From NCBI GenBank assembly GCA_035491935.1, contig DATJJW010000061.1:1-24000 (forward strand): DNA of 24,000 nucleotides, read 5' to 3'. The translations under genes were made by a program, and so were the position numbers. The stretch comes from Stellaceae bacterium. GTDB lineage: Bacteria > Pseudomonadota > Alphaproteobacteria > ATCC43930 > CGMCC-115725. The number at the start of each line of letters is the position of its first letter. The stretch's first letter is position 1. Shown here in pieces: positions 1-6,873 of this stretch. The notes below the pieces were generated by a model. That model was not told where the DNA came from, made no database searches, and saw nothing but the letters and a program-made list of their open reading frames with translations.

Positions 1-311
1 TGCCCGAATTCGCGGTTGCCAATGTCCATCTGTCCCATGGGCAGATCCTGAACCGGCGGCAGCTCCACCGCATCGCCCGGTTCCTGCCCGGGCATGCGAT
101 GATCATCGGCGACTGCAATATGCTCGGGCCATCGCTGTTGCCGCGCTACAGCGATATCGGGCCCCGGATGGCGACGCACAATGCTGGTCACATCATCCCG
201 TTGCGACTCGACCGATGCTTCGTCCGCGGGCTGACCATCCTGGAGGCGGCGCTCCTGAACAGGGGAACCTCGGACCACCGGCCCATGGCCGTCATCTGCC
301 TCGCCGATTGA
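1..311 (+). CDS. C-terminal part of an endonuclease/exonuclease/phosphatase family protein (5' truncated by window edge)
   Basis: The frame is open from position 3: PEFAVANVHLSHGQILNRRQLHRIARFLPGHAMIIGDCNM...LDRCFVRG...SDHRPMAVICLAD*. Typical EEP motifs: NxHLS, GDxN, SDHRPM. Confidence 0.85.
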   Translation, partial: PEFAVANVHLSHGQILNRRQLHRIARFLPGHAMIIGDCNMLGPSLLPRYSDIGPRMATHNAGHIIPLRLDRCFVRGLTILEAALLNRGTSDHRPMAVICLAD

Positions 312-383
312 GGCTTCCGCGCCTCCCCCTACGGGGATGAAATGCCGCAGCGCGGCCTATCACCTAGGGAGAGGAGAGCGCAG

Positions 384-599
384 ATGCGCAAGGTTGCAGT
401 TCTCGTGGTCGCCGGCCTCATGATTGCCTCCCTGTCCGGCTGTGTCGCCTATCCCGCGCCGGGCTATTACGCCGCGCCGGGATATTATGCGCCAGGGTAT
501 TATGCGCCGGGATACTACGGCTATTACGGCCCGAACGTCGTCGTCGGTGGCGGCTATTGGGGGCATGGTGGCTGGGGTCACGGTGGTTGGCACCATTAG
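384..599 (+). CDS. Small Gly/Tyr-rich putative lipoprotein with GYYAP repeats
   Basis: MRKVAVLVVAGLMIASLSGCVAYPAPGYYAAPGYYAPGYYAPGYYGYYGP...; lipobox LSGC; Shine-Dalgarno-like gagaggagag just upstream of ATG 384. Confidence 0.7.
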   Translation: MRKVAVLVVAGLMIASLSGCVAYPAPGYYAAPGYYAPGYYAPGYYGYYGPNVVVGGGYWGHGGWGHGGWHH

Positions 600-856
600 C
601 CTGATCCGGAAGCGGCCGCGCCAAAGTCTCTGAACGGCGCGGAATCCTTCCGGTGGGCTGGCCATAGGTCGTCTTTTTTCTATTCCTTACGGTACCGCCG
701 CTTCGGCCGTTACGATGGCCGTTGCCACATCCCGTCGCGGGTGCTACCGAGAATGTCCTATAATTCGCCGTCGCGTTGCAATGCGGGCCGTGCGGGACAC
801 ATTGACCTTCCCTCATTGGCATAAGCATAAGCAACGCCAAGGTATCGGAGGGCGCA

Positions 857-1057
857 ATGAAGGACATGGAAAAGCGGACATCAAGTTCCTTTTGGAACAT
901 ATTGCAGCTACTGCCGTTTATCGGGCTGCTCTGGCTGCCCTTCTATAATTTCAAGGGACCGTCGCTCGGCGGGTTCCCGTTCTTCTACTGGTACCAGTTC
1001 GCCTGGGTGCCGGTGACGTCCTTCCTGATCTACCTCGGCTATAGGAAGATGAAATGA
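857..1057 (+). CDS. DUF3311-type small membrane protein, partner of the downstream symporter
   Basis: 66 aa with two TM segments (LLPFIGLLWLPFYN, FFYWYQFAWVPVTSFLIYLGYR). It overlaps the start of the symporter gene (ATGA), the usual arrangement for this pair. Confidence 0.82.
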   Translation: MKDMEKRTSSSFWNILQLLPFIGLLWLPFYNFKGPSLGGFPFFYWYQFAWVPVTSFLIYLGYRKMK

Positions 1058-2625
1058 GCGCCTCGATCAATGTGACGGCGCTGGCTGTCTTCATCTTCTT
1101 CTTCGTGCTGATCACGGTCCTGGGCTTCGTCGCCGCGCGCTGGCGCCGGGGCGATCTCAATCAGCTCCATGAATGGGGTCTCGGCGGCCGCCGCTTCGGC
1201 ACGATCATCACCTGGTTCCTGGTCGGCGGCGACTTCTATACGGCCTATACCATCATCGCCGTGCCGGCGCTGGTCTATGCGGTCGGCGCCTATGGCTTCT
1301 TCGCCTTGCCCTATACGATCGTCGTCTATCCGCTGGTCTATCAGATCATGCCGCGGCTGTGGGCGGTGTGTCAGAAGCACAGCTATGTGACGGCGGCGGA
1401 TTTCGTCGAAGGTCGCTATGGCAGCTCCTGGCTGGCGCTGGCCGTGGCCCTGACCGGCATGCTCGCCACCATGCCGTATATCGCGCTGCAACTGGTCGGC
1501 ATGCAGGTGGTCATCGCGGCGCTGGGCCTGGGCGGCAGCGGATGGCAGGGCGATATACCGCTGGTCATCGCTTTCGTCATCCTGGCGGTCTACACCTATG
1601 CTTCGGGCCTGCGGGCGCCGGCGATGATCGCCTTCGTCAAGGATATCATGATCTATATCGTGGTGATCGCGGCGATCGCGATCATCCCTTTCAGCCTGGG
1701 TGGCTACGGCGCCGTGTTCGATGCGGCGGACAAGGCGTTCCAGGCCAAGGGCGGCGCCACCGGCCTGCTGCTCCAGCCGGCACAGTTCGTGCCCTTCGCG
1801 ACGCTGGCGCTCGGTTCGGCCTTCGCGGCCTTCATGTATCCCCACACCATGACCGGCGTGCTGTCCTCGTCGAGCGGCGATGTCGTACGCCGCAATGCGA
1901 TGCTGCTGCCGCTCTACACCATCCTGCTGGGCCTGATCGCCCTGCTGGGTTACATGGCGATCGCGGCAGGCATCTCGGTCAAGTCGGCGACCGAGGTGGT
2001 GCCGGCCTTGTTCCTCAAGATCTTCCCGGATTGGTTCGTGGGCTTCAGCTTCGCCGCGATCGCGATCGGCGCCCTGGTGCCGGCCTCGATCATGTCGATC
2101 GGCGCTTCCAACCTGTTCGCGCGCAATGTCTGGCGGACCTTCGTCAACCCGTCGATCTCGCCGGAGAGCGAGGCTTCCATGGCCAAGCTGGTGTCGTTGC
2201 TGGTCAAGTTCGGCGCGCTGGCATTCGTCGTGTGGCTGCCGACGCAATTCGCGATCTACCTGCAGCTGTTGGGCGGCGTCTGGATCATGCAGACCTTCCC
2301 GGCCATCGTCTTCGGCCTCTACAAGACGCGGATGCGTCCGGCGGCGCTGCTGCTCGGCTGGGCGGTCGGCATGGCGGTGGGCACGTGGATGGCCTATGCG
2401 GTCGGGCTGAAGCCGGTCTATCCGCTGGTCATCGGCGGTACGAGCTACAGCGTCTATATCGGTCTGATCGCCGGGGCCTTGAACCTGGCCGTCAGCGTGG
2501 TGGTCACCCTGCTGCTCGCCGCCATCGGCATCGGTGCCGGGCGGGACGATACGCGGCCGGAAGACTTCCATGTGTCGAAGGCCGGCAGTGCGCCGGAGAT
2601 CAATCCCGTGACCGAGGCGTTCTAA
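1054..2625 (+). CDS. Sodium:solute symporter (SSS) family, monocarboxylate-permease-like
   Basis: 523 aa polytopic protein; EWGLGGRRFGTIITWFLVGGDFYTAYT..., SVLSSSSGDVVRRN. SSS family signature; translationally coupled to the DUF3311 gene. Confidence 0.93.
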   Translation: MSASINVTALAVFIFFFVLITVLGFVAARWRRGDLNQLHEWGLGGRRFGTIITWFLVGGDFYTAYTIIAVPALVYAVGAYGFFALPYTIVVYPLVYQIMPRLWAVCQKHSYVTAADFVEGRYGSSWLALAVALTGMLATMPYIALQLVGMQVVIAALGLGGSGWQGDIPLVIAFVILAVYTYASGLRAPAMIAFVKDIMIYIVVIAAIAIIPFSLGGYGAVFDAADKAFQAKGGATGLLLQPAQFVPFATLALGSAFAAFMYPHTMTGVLSSSSGDVVRRNAMLLPLYTILLGLIALLGYMAIAAGISVKSATEVVPALFLKIFPDWFVGFSFAAIAIGALVPASIMSIGASNLFARNVWRTFVNPSISPESEASMAKLVSLLVKFGALAFVVWLPTQFAIYLQLLGGVWIMQTFPAIVFGLYKTRMRPAALLLGWAVGMAVGTWMAYAVGLKPVYPLVIGGTSYSVYIGLIAGALNLAVSVVVTLLLAAIGIGAGRDDTRPEDFHVSKAGSAPEINPVTEAF

Positions 2626-2640
2626 ACGCCCGGTAGAGCC

Positions 2641-2677
2641 CTTGCCGGGCAGGTGGCATCCCATCCTGCCCGGCAAG
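2641..2677 (+). terminator. Intrinsic terminator-like hairpin after the symporter gene
   Basis: Perfect 13-bp stem CTTGCCGGGCAGG / CCTGCCCGGCAAG with an 11-nt loop, followed by tcgccttttctc. Confidence 0.8.
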
Positions 2678-2714
2678 TCGCCTTTTCTCGCTCTAAACGT
2701 GTGGGCCGAATCAA

Positions 2715-2745
2715 ATGGCTTTAGGTTGAAATGACCTAAAGCCAT
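2715..2745. repeat. Perfect inverted repeat, 12-bp arms, 7-nt spacer
   Basis: ATGGCTTTAGGT-tgaaatg-ACCTAAAGCCAT. The outer flanks TCAA / (c)TTGA extend the symmetry. Confidence 0.85.
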
Positions 2746-2963
2746 CTTGATCTGGACTTGCGAGCGCGAAGCCTTCCAATTCCCATCATCCACGATGACG
2801 CCGAGGGCGCGGCCACCAAGGCCTTTCCCGTCAATCCTGCGACACGCCCGTCAATTTATTAAAAATCGTTAACGCCTTCAAATTTCTAGGCTTATCGTCG
2901 AATATTCAGCGCCAATTGTTGCGTTTTCAACCATGTGAGCAAACTCCATGGTTGATAGTTTGA

Positions 2964-2979
2964 TTAAAATGTGGTTAAC
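2964..2979 (+). promoter_or_regulatory. CtrA-like box (TTAA-N7-TTAAC) upstream of the sigma54 activator gene
   Basis: TTAA-aatgtgg-TTAAC, an exact match to the alphaproteobacterial CtrA consensus, in a locally AT-rich intergenic stretch. A near-match with 6-nt spacing (TTAAaaatcgTTAAC) lies at 2859-2873. Confidence 0.5.
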
Positions 2980-3200
2980 GTGATGTCCCTGGGAACGCGA
3001 CTATTTGAATGCTGAAATAAATCCAGCCTTCCGAAACCTCGCCGCTGTGTGCGGGAGGAAACTATTTTTCGCGATCTCTGGTCTATGAATTTTGATACGT
3101 CAGCAACGTAGAGCTGTGCGCGCCTTGCGGGTCATTGAAACCGATTTATCGGTAGAGAAAGGACTTTCCCGCCGTTGCGGTGCGATCAGGAGAGGGTGCT

Positions 3201-4367
3201 ATGGTGAATGATAAACGGCGACCGTCGCAATTGTCCGCGGATGATTCGAGCCGTTACATCAAGGAAGCCGTAGCCCGACGTTCTCCACCGCCGCCGACAT
3301 CCGACCCCTCGTTCATCGTCGGCAACAGTCCGCAGATGCTCGAGGTTTTCGACCGCATCAGGCGATTTGCGCCCTATGAATTGCCGGTCCTGATCACTGG
3401 CGAAAGCGGCACGGGCAAGGAACTGGTCGCCAAGGCCATCCACGAACGATCCGGCCGGGCGTCGGGTCCCTTCGTCGCCGTGAATTGCGCCGGCATGCCT
3501 GCCACCCTGATCGCGTCGGAGCTGTTTGGCTATGAGAAGGGGGCCTTCACCGGTGCGCTCGCCCGAAAACGCGGGCTTGTCGAGCAGGCGGCGAATGGCA
3601 CGCTGCTCCTGGACGAGATCGGCGACATGCCCTTCGATCTCCAGGGCCATTTGCTGCGGTTCCTGCAAGAGGAAGAGATCGTCCGCGTCGGCGGCCATGA
3701 ACCGGTCAAGGTGAGCGTCCGCGTGATCGCGGCGACCAACGTCAAGATGGCCGATGCCGTGGCGGCCGGGCGTCTGCGCGAGGATCTGTTCTACCGCCTC
3801 AACGTGCTCAGCCTGCATCTGCCGCCGCTGCGCCTGCGCGCGGGGGACATTCCGATCCTGGTGAATTATTTCCTGGAGACGATCGCGCGCGAACTGCATC
3901 GGCCGAAGCCGCAGATAAGCCCATTGGCCGTCGCCGCGCTGGAAGCCCATCGCTGGCCCGGCAACATACGCGAGCTGATCGCCACGCTGCGTCGTGCCAT
4001 CGTGCTCTGCAACGACGATTTGATCGAGACGGGCGACCTCGGTATGGAATTCGCCGAAGCGCCATCCAGCCAGCCGATCAAGCTCATGCCCGACCGGCCG
4101 CGTCCCGGATCGGAAGAGGAGCGCGCTTTGCTGCTCGATACGCTGGGCGACCACGGGTGGAACATCACGCGCTGCGCGCAAGTGCTCAACGTTTCCCGCG
4201 TGACGCTCTATCGCATGCTCGAGCGCCAAGGTCTCAATGTCAGCGATGAGGGCAAGAGCCCCGGTCTCGCCCGCGGCCGGACCGGCATGCGCCCGGCACC
4301 CATGGGGTTGACGACGCGCGCCGAAGGCAAGCCGTCCTACCCGCTTCTACGCCCCGACGGCATCTGA
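3201..4367 (+). CDS. Sigma54-dependent enhancer-binding transcriptional activator (AAA+ domain plus Fis-type HTH, no large N-terminal sensor domain)
   Basis: Walker A GESGTGKE, the sigma54 contact loop GAFTGA, Walker B-like TLLLDEIGD, and C-terminal HTH NITRCAQVLNVSRVTLYRMLERQ. Start ATG 3201 has an aggagagg RBS. Confidence 0.95.
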   Translation: MVNDKRRPSQLSADDSSRYIKEAVARRSPPPPTSDPSFIVGNSPQMLEVFDRIRRFAPYELPVLITGESGTGKELVAKAIHERSGRASGPFVAVNCAGMPATLIASELFGYEKGAFTGALARKRGLVEQAANGTLLLDEIGDMPFDLQGHLLRFLQEEEIVRVGGHEPVKVSVRVIAATNVKMADAVAAGRLREDLFYRLNVLSLHLPPLRLRAGDIPILVNYFLETIARELHRPKPQISPLAVAALEAHRWPGNIRELIATLRRAIVLCNDDLIETGDLGMEFAEAPSSQPIKLMPDRPRPGSEEERALLLDTLGDHGWNITRCAQVLNVSRVTLYRMLERQGLNVSDEGKSPGLARGRTGMRPAPMGLTTRAEGKPSYPLLRPDGI

Positions 4368-4393
4368 GCCGCGCTGTATCAGCGGCGTAATGG

Positions 4394-4409
4394 TTAATGT
4401 AAAGTTAAC
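4394..4409 (+). promoter_or_regulatory. CtrA-like box (TTAA-N7-TTAAC) upstream of the repeat-protein operon
   Basis: TTAA-tgtaaag-TTAAC, an exact consensus match about 100 bp upstream of the -24 element. Confidence 0.5.
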
Positions 4410-4430
4410 AAGAAAAAATGAACGGCGACA

Positions 4431-4466
4431 CCATGCGCGACATGGAAAAATAACGCTTAATGCGTT
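4431..4466. promoter_or_regulatory. Candidate upstream activating sequences: two dyads of 5-5-5 geometry with centres 21 bp apart
   Basis: CCATG-cgcga-CATGG (4431-4445) and AACGC-ttaat-GCGTT (4452-4466), lying 46-81 bp upstream of the -24 element. Confidence 0.35.
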
Positions 4467-4509
4467 GATCCCATTAGAATATCTCCTCGGCGTCACTCTC
4501 CGAAAAGCT

Positions 4510-4526
4510 CTGGCATATCCCTTGCT
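4510..4526 (+). promoter_or_regulatory. Sigma54 (RpoN) -24/-12 promoter
   Basis: CTGGCATATCCCTTGCT against consensus YTGGCACGrNNNTTGCW. The GG and GC doublets are separated by exactly 10 nt, and it lies directly downstream of a sigma54 activator gene. Confidence 0.85.
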
Positions 4527-4608
4527 ATTTCCCTTCGAGCGTACTTTGGCGGGTAGGTCACCGGCCGAACAGGACGCCGAACTCAACGGGAGAAATGGGA
4601 GAATCGAT

Positions 4609-5664
4609 ATGCGTAAATTCTTTCTTTTGACGGTGTCTGTGTTCGCTATGACCAGCGTTGCCGCATACGCCGACGAGCATAACGGCGGTAACAATAACGG
4701 CAACAATGGTGGCGACCCCGGCAAGAGCCATACGCCGCCGAGCCTGGAGCAGTACCTCTCGGTCGCGGTCGCGGTGAACTATGCCGATTCGTCTGACAAC
4801 GACCATTCGCTCTCGAACGGCCAGAAGAACTCCGCTCAGATCGGCTCGTCGTTCCAAGGGGCTGAAGGCGTCTCCAACCAGAACCAGAATGCCGGCGCCA
4901 ACAGCGCGCTGCAGAACTCGCTGTCGCTGGCCTATGTCCAGGGCTGCGCCTGCGGCACGACCGTCGGCGGCGGTTCCAAGGATGGTTCGAGCGGTTCGAT
5001 CGGCGATGCGGCGGCCTTTGCCGCGGCCCTGAATTTCGGCTCGATCGAGGAAGCCGGTGGTGTCCATATCGACGACCCGCACAGCTATCATTCGGCGCCG
5101 ACTTCGGCATCGGCGACGATCAACAACGGTGCCTATAACGGCTTCACCGGCGCGGCGCAGGTGAACCAGAATGCCGGTGCCGGCTCGCTGCTGCAAAACG
5201 CCACGGCGCTGGCCTCGGTCAACCCGATCTCCGGCACGATCGACCAGACCAAGGTGGCACTCGGCCTCGCGCTCAATGACGGCTCGGTCACGGACAACGC
5301 GGTTTCCAACGACCAGCACAACACCACGAGCGCCATCGACGGCTCGTTCAACAACATGAAGGGTGTTGCGAACGTCAACCAGAACGCGGCCGCCAACTCG
5401 CTGCTGCAGAATTCGACGGCGATTTCGTCGATCGAATACTGCAACTGCGCGGCGACCGATCTCAGCGCTTCGGCGGCCCTCAGCGCCAATATCGGTAATG
5501 TGAACGACAACAGCTTCAGCGCCACCAATGGCTCGAACGCCACCACGATGAACGGGTCGTTCAACGGCTCGCAGGGCGTGATGCAGATCTCGCAGAACGC
5601 GGGCGCCAACAGCCTGCTGCAAAATGCAGCTTCGGTGGCCGTCATCACGCAAGTCGCGCACTAA
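4609..5664 (+). CDS. Secreted Asn/Gln/Ala/Ser-rich four-repeat protein, putative functional-amyloid subunit (FapC-like)
   Basis: Signal peptide MRKFFLLTVSVFAMTSVAAYA|DEHNGG. Four repeats: SSFQGAEGVSNQNQNAGANSALQN, NGFTGAAQVNQNAGAGSLLQN, GSFNNMKGVANVNQNAAANSLLQN, GSFNGSQGVMQISQNAGANSLLQN. The true start is ATG 4609 with a gggagaa RBS; the tool ORF start at 4390 is upstream of the promoter. Confidence 0.8.
   Translation: MRKFFLLTVSVFAMTSVAAYADEHNGGNNNGNNGGDPGKSHTPPSLEQYLSVAVAVNYADSSDNDHSLSNGQKNSAQIGSSFQGAEGVSNQNQNAGANSALQNSLSLAYVQGCACGTTVGGGSKDGSSGSIGDAAAFAAALNFGSIEEAGGVHIDDPHSYHSAPTSASATINNGAYNGFTGAAQVNQNAGAGSLLQNATALASVNPISGTIDQTKVALGLALNDGSVTDNAVSNDQHNTTSAIDGSFNNMKGVANVNQNAAANSLLQNSTAISSIEYCNCAATDLSASAALSANIGNVNDNSFSATNGSNATTMNGSFNGSQGVMQISQNAGANSLLQNAASVAVITQVAH
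4840..5646 (+). repeat. Four imperfect ~33-aa repeats within the structural gene (4840-4938, 5119-5220, 5335-5433, 5548-5646)
   Basis: Aligned by eye from the translation; repeat start spacing is 279, 216 and 213 bp, with variable linkers between. Confidence 0.85.
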
Positions 5665-5695
5665 GTCCGTCTTCGGCTGCATCCCTTCACAGCCA

Positions 5696-5721
5696 CCGGC
5701 CCCTCGATCCCGAGGGGCCGG
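5696..5721. terminator. Strong intergenic hairpin 1 (possible attenuator or mRNA 3' stabiliser)
   Basis: CCGGCCCCTCG-atcc-CGAGGGGCCGG, 11-bp perfect stem, with no following T-tract. Confidence 0.7.
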
Positions 5722-5747
5722 GGCCGGAAGAAGGGAAGGCTCCCGCG

Positions 5748-5774
5748 TACCCCGGCGGCTCGGCCGCCGGGGTA
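5748..5774. terminator. Strong intergenic hairpin 2 (possible attenuator or partial terminator)
   Basis: TACCCCGGCGGC-tcg-GCCGCCGGGGTA, 12-bp perfect stem, followed by tctcttcc. Confidence 0.7.
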
Positions 5775-5807
5775 TCTCTTCCGGTTCTGAGAGAAGGAAT
5801 TGGCGCG

Positions 5808-6128
5808 ATGACGAGAAACATCCGGGTGCTCACCGCCATGGCCGTCGCGGTGGGAATGCTGAAGCTTCCGGTGATTGCTTATGCCGATCCTCTACCTGTT
5901 CCGCCCGTCTCGCTGAGCGATCTGCAAGACAGCGCCGCCAAGGGCCTGCCGGACAATTTGAACTCGGCACAGGTCTCGGCCAATTCCGTGGGCACCAACA
6001 CGGTGACGGGCATCATCAGCAATGCCGGCTCACTCAACAACAATAGCGGGCTGACCACCGTCCTGCAGAATACCGGCAACAATTCGCTGTTCCAGACCTC
6101 GACGGTCATGAACATCACGATCCATTAG
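5808..6128 (+). CDS. Small secreted protein with a single amyloid-like repeat (candidate minor subunit or nucleator, FapB-like)
   Basis: Signal peptide ...LKLPVIAYA|DPLP. The C-terminal part SGLTTVLQNTGNNSLFQTSTVMNITIH aligns with the upstream repeat motif. RBS gagaaggaa. Confidence 0.7.
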   Translation: MTRNIRVLTAMAVAVGMLKLPVIAYADPLPVPPVSLSDLQDSAAKGLPDNLNSAQVSANSVGTNTVTGIISNAGSLNNNSGLTTVLQNTGNNSLFQTSTVMNITIH

Positions 6129-6151
6129 CCGAAGGTTGAGGAGGTAGCGCG

Positions 6152-6859
6152 ATGCTGCGACCGATACGCCTCATGCTTGCCTGCCTTTGCGGCGGTCTCG
6201 GCCTGGCGGGGATCGTCGCTTCGGCTTATGCCGGCGACATGACCCTCACCAGCGAGATAACCGGCTCGACGGCGTTCCATGTGCCCGTGAAGAGCTTCAA
6301 GGAATTGAAGTTCGTGCACACCTTGCATCAGCAGGTCGATTATTCCTGCGGCGCAGCGGCGATCGCGACCTTGCTGACATATTCCTACGGCAAGCCCGTG
6401 GCCGAGCGGACCGTGTTGCAGGACATGCTCGACCACGGCGACAAGCAGGTCATCCAGACCAAGGGCTTCTCGCTGCTCGACATACGCAACTACCTTGCCC
6501 GGCAGGGTCTGCAGTCAGGCGGCTACCGGTTGCCGCTGGACAAGATCCCCGAGGTCGCCGTTCCCGGCATCGTCCTCATCAACCACAATGGCTACAACCA
6601 CTTCGTCGTGGTCGACGGGTTCAAGGATGGCCGCCTGCTGCTGGCCGACCCGTCCTTGGGCGCCCGGACCGTCGATGTCGACACGTTCAAGCGCGAATGG
6701 ACGGGGGTCTATTTCGTGATCCTCACCGGCGCCGACGACGCCAGGCGCAAATTCAATCTCAAGGAGGATTGGTCGCTTCAGGGACATGGCACCTGGGACC
6801 GGTTCCGCGACACGTTCGACCTGGCGCGGCTGAGCTTCAAAAGCGCTGATGCATTCTGA
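6152..6859 (+). CDS. Periplasmic C39-like (bacteriocin-type, papain-fold) cysteine peptidase, FapD-like
   Basis: Signal peptide; catalytic Cys in HQQVDYSCGAAAIATLLTY, His in NHNGYNHFVVVDG, Asp in LLLADPSLG. No ABC transporter domain attached. RBS ggaggt. Confidence 0.88.
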   Translation: MLRPIRLMLACLCGGLGLAGIVASAYAGDMTLTSEITGSTAFHVPVKSFKELKFVHTLHQQVDYSCGAAAIATLLTYSYGKPVAERTVLQDMLDHGDKQVIQTKGFSLLDIRNYLARQGLQSGGYRLPLDKIPEVAVPGIVLINHNGYNHFVVVDGFKDGRLLLADPSLGARTVDVDTFKREWTGVYFVILTGADDARRKFNLKEDWSLQGHGTWDRFRDTFDLARLSFKSADAF

Positions 6860-6873
6860 TTGGGGGCAAGACC

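Noticed and set aside
1039-2793. 584-aa minus-strand ORF opposite the symporter
   Set aside because: His/Asp/Arg/Gln-rich antisense shadow of a clear SSS transporter; it even runs through the terminator.
2859-2873. Third CtrA-like box TTAA-aaatcg-TTAAC
   Set aside because: Spacer is 6 rather than 7 nt, so it is not counted as a full site; mentioned only as a near-match.
3186-4229. 347-aa minus-strand ORF opposite the sigma54 activator
   Set aside because: Antisense shadow; the plus strand has complete AAA+/HTH signatures.
4390-4608. N-terminal extension of the repeat protein in the ORF track (MVNVKLTRKNERRHH...)
   Set aside because: It would begin upstream of the -24/-12 promoter and would bury a clear signal peptide. 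ATG 4609 has a good RBS.
4840-5646. CRISPR-like interpretation of the regularly spaced ~100-bp repeats at 213-279 bp intervals
   Set aside because: Repeats are imperfect at the DNA level, in frame and coding. The conservation is at the amino-acid level.
4558-5682. 374-aa minus-strand ORF opposite the repeat protein
   Set aside because: Antisense shadow created by the repeats; no signal peptide or RBS logic.
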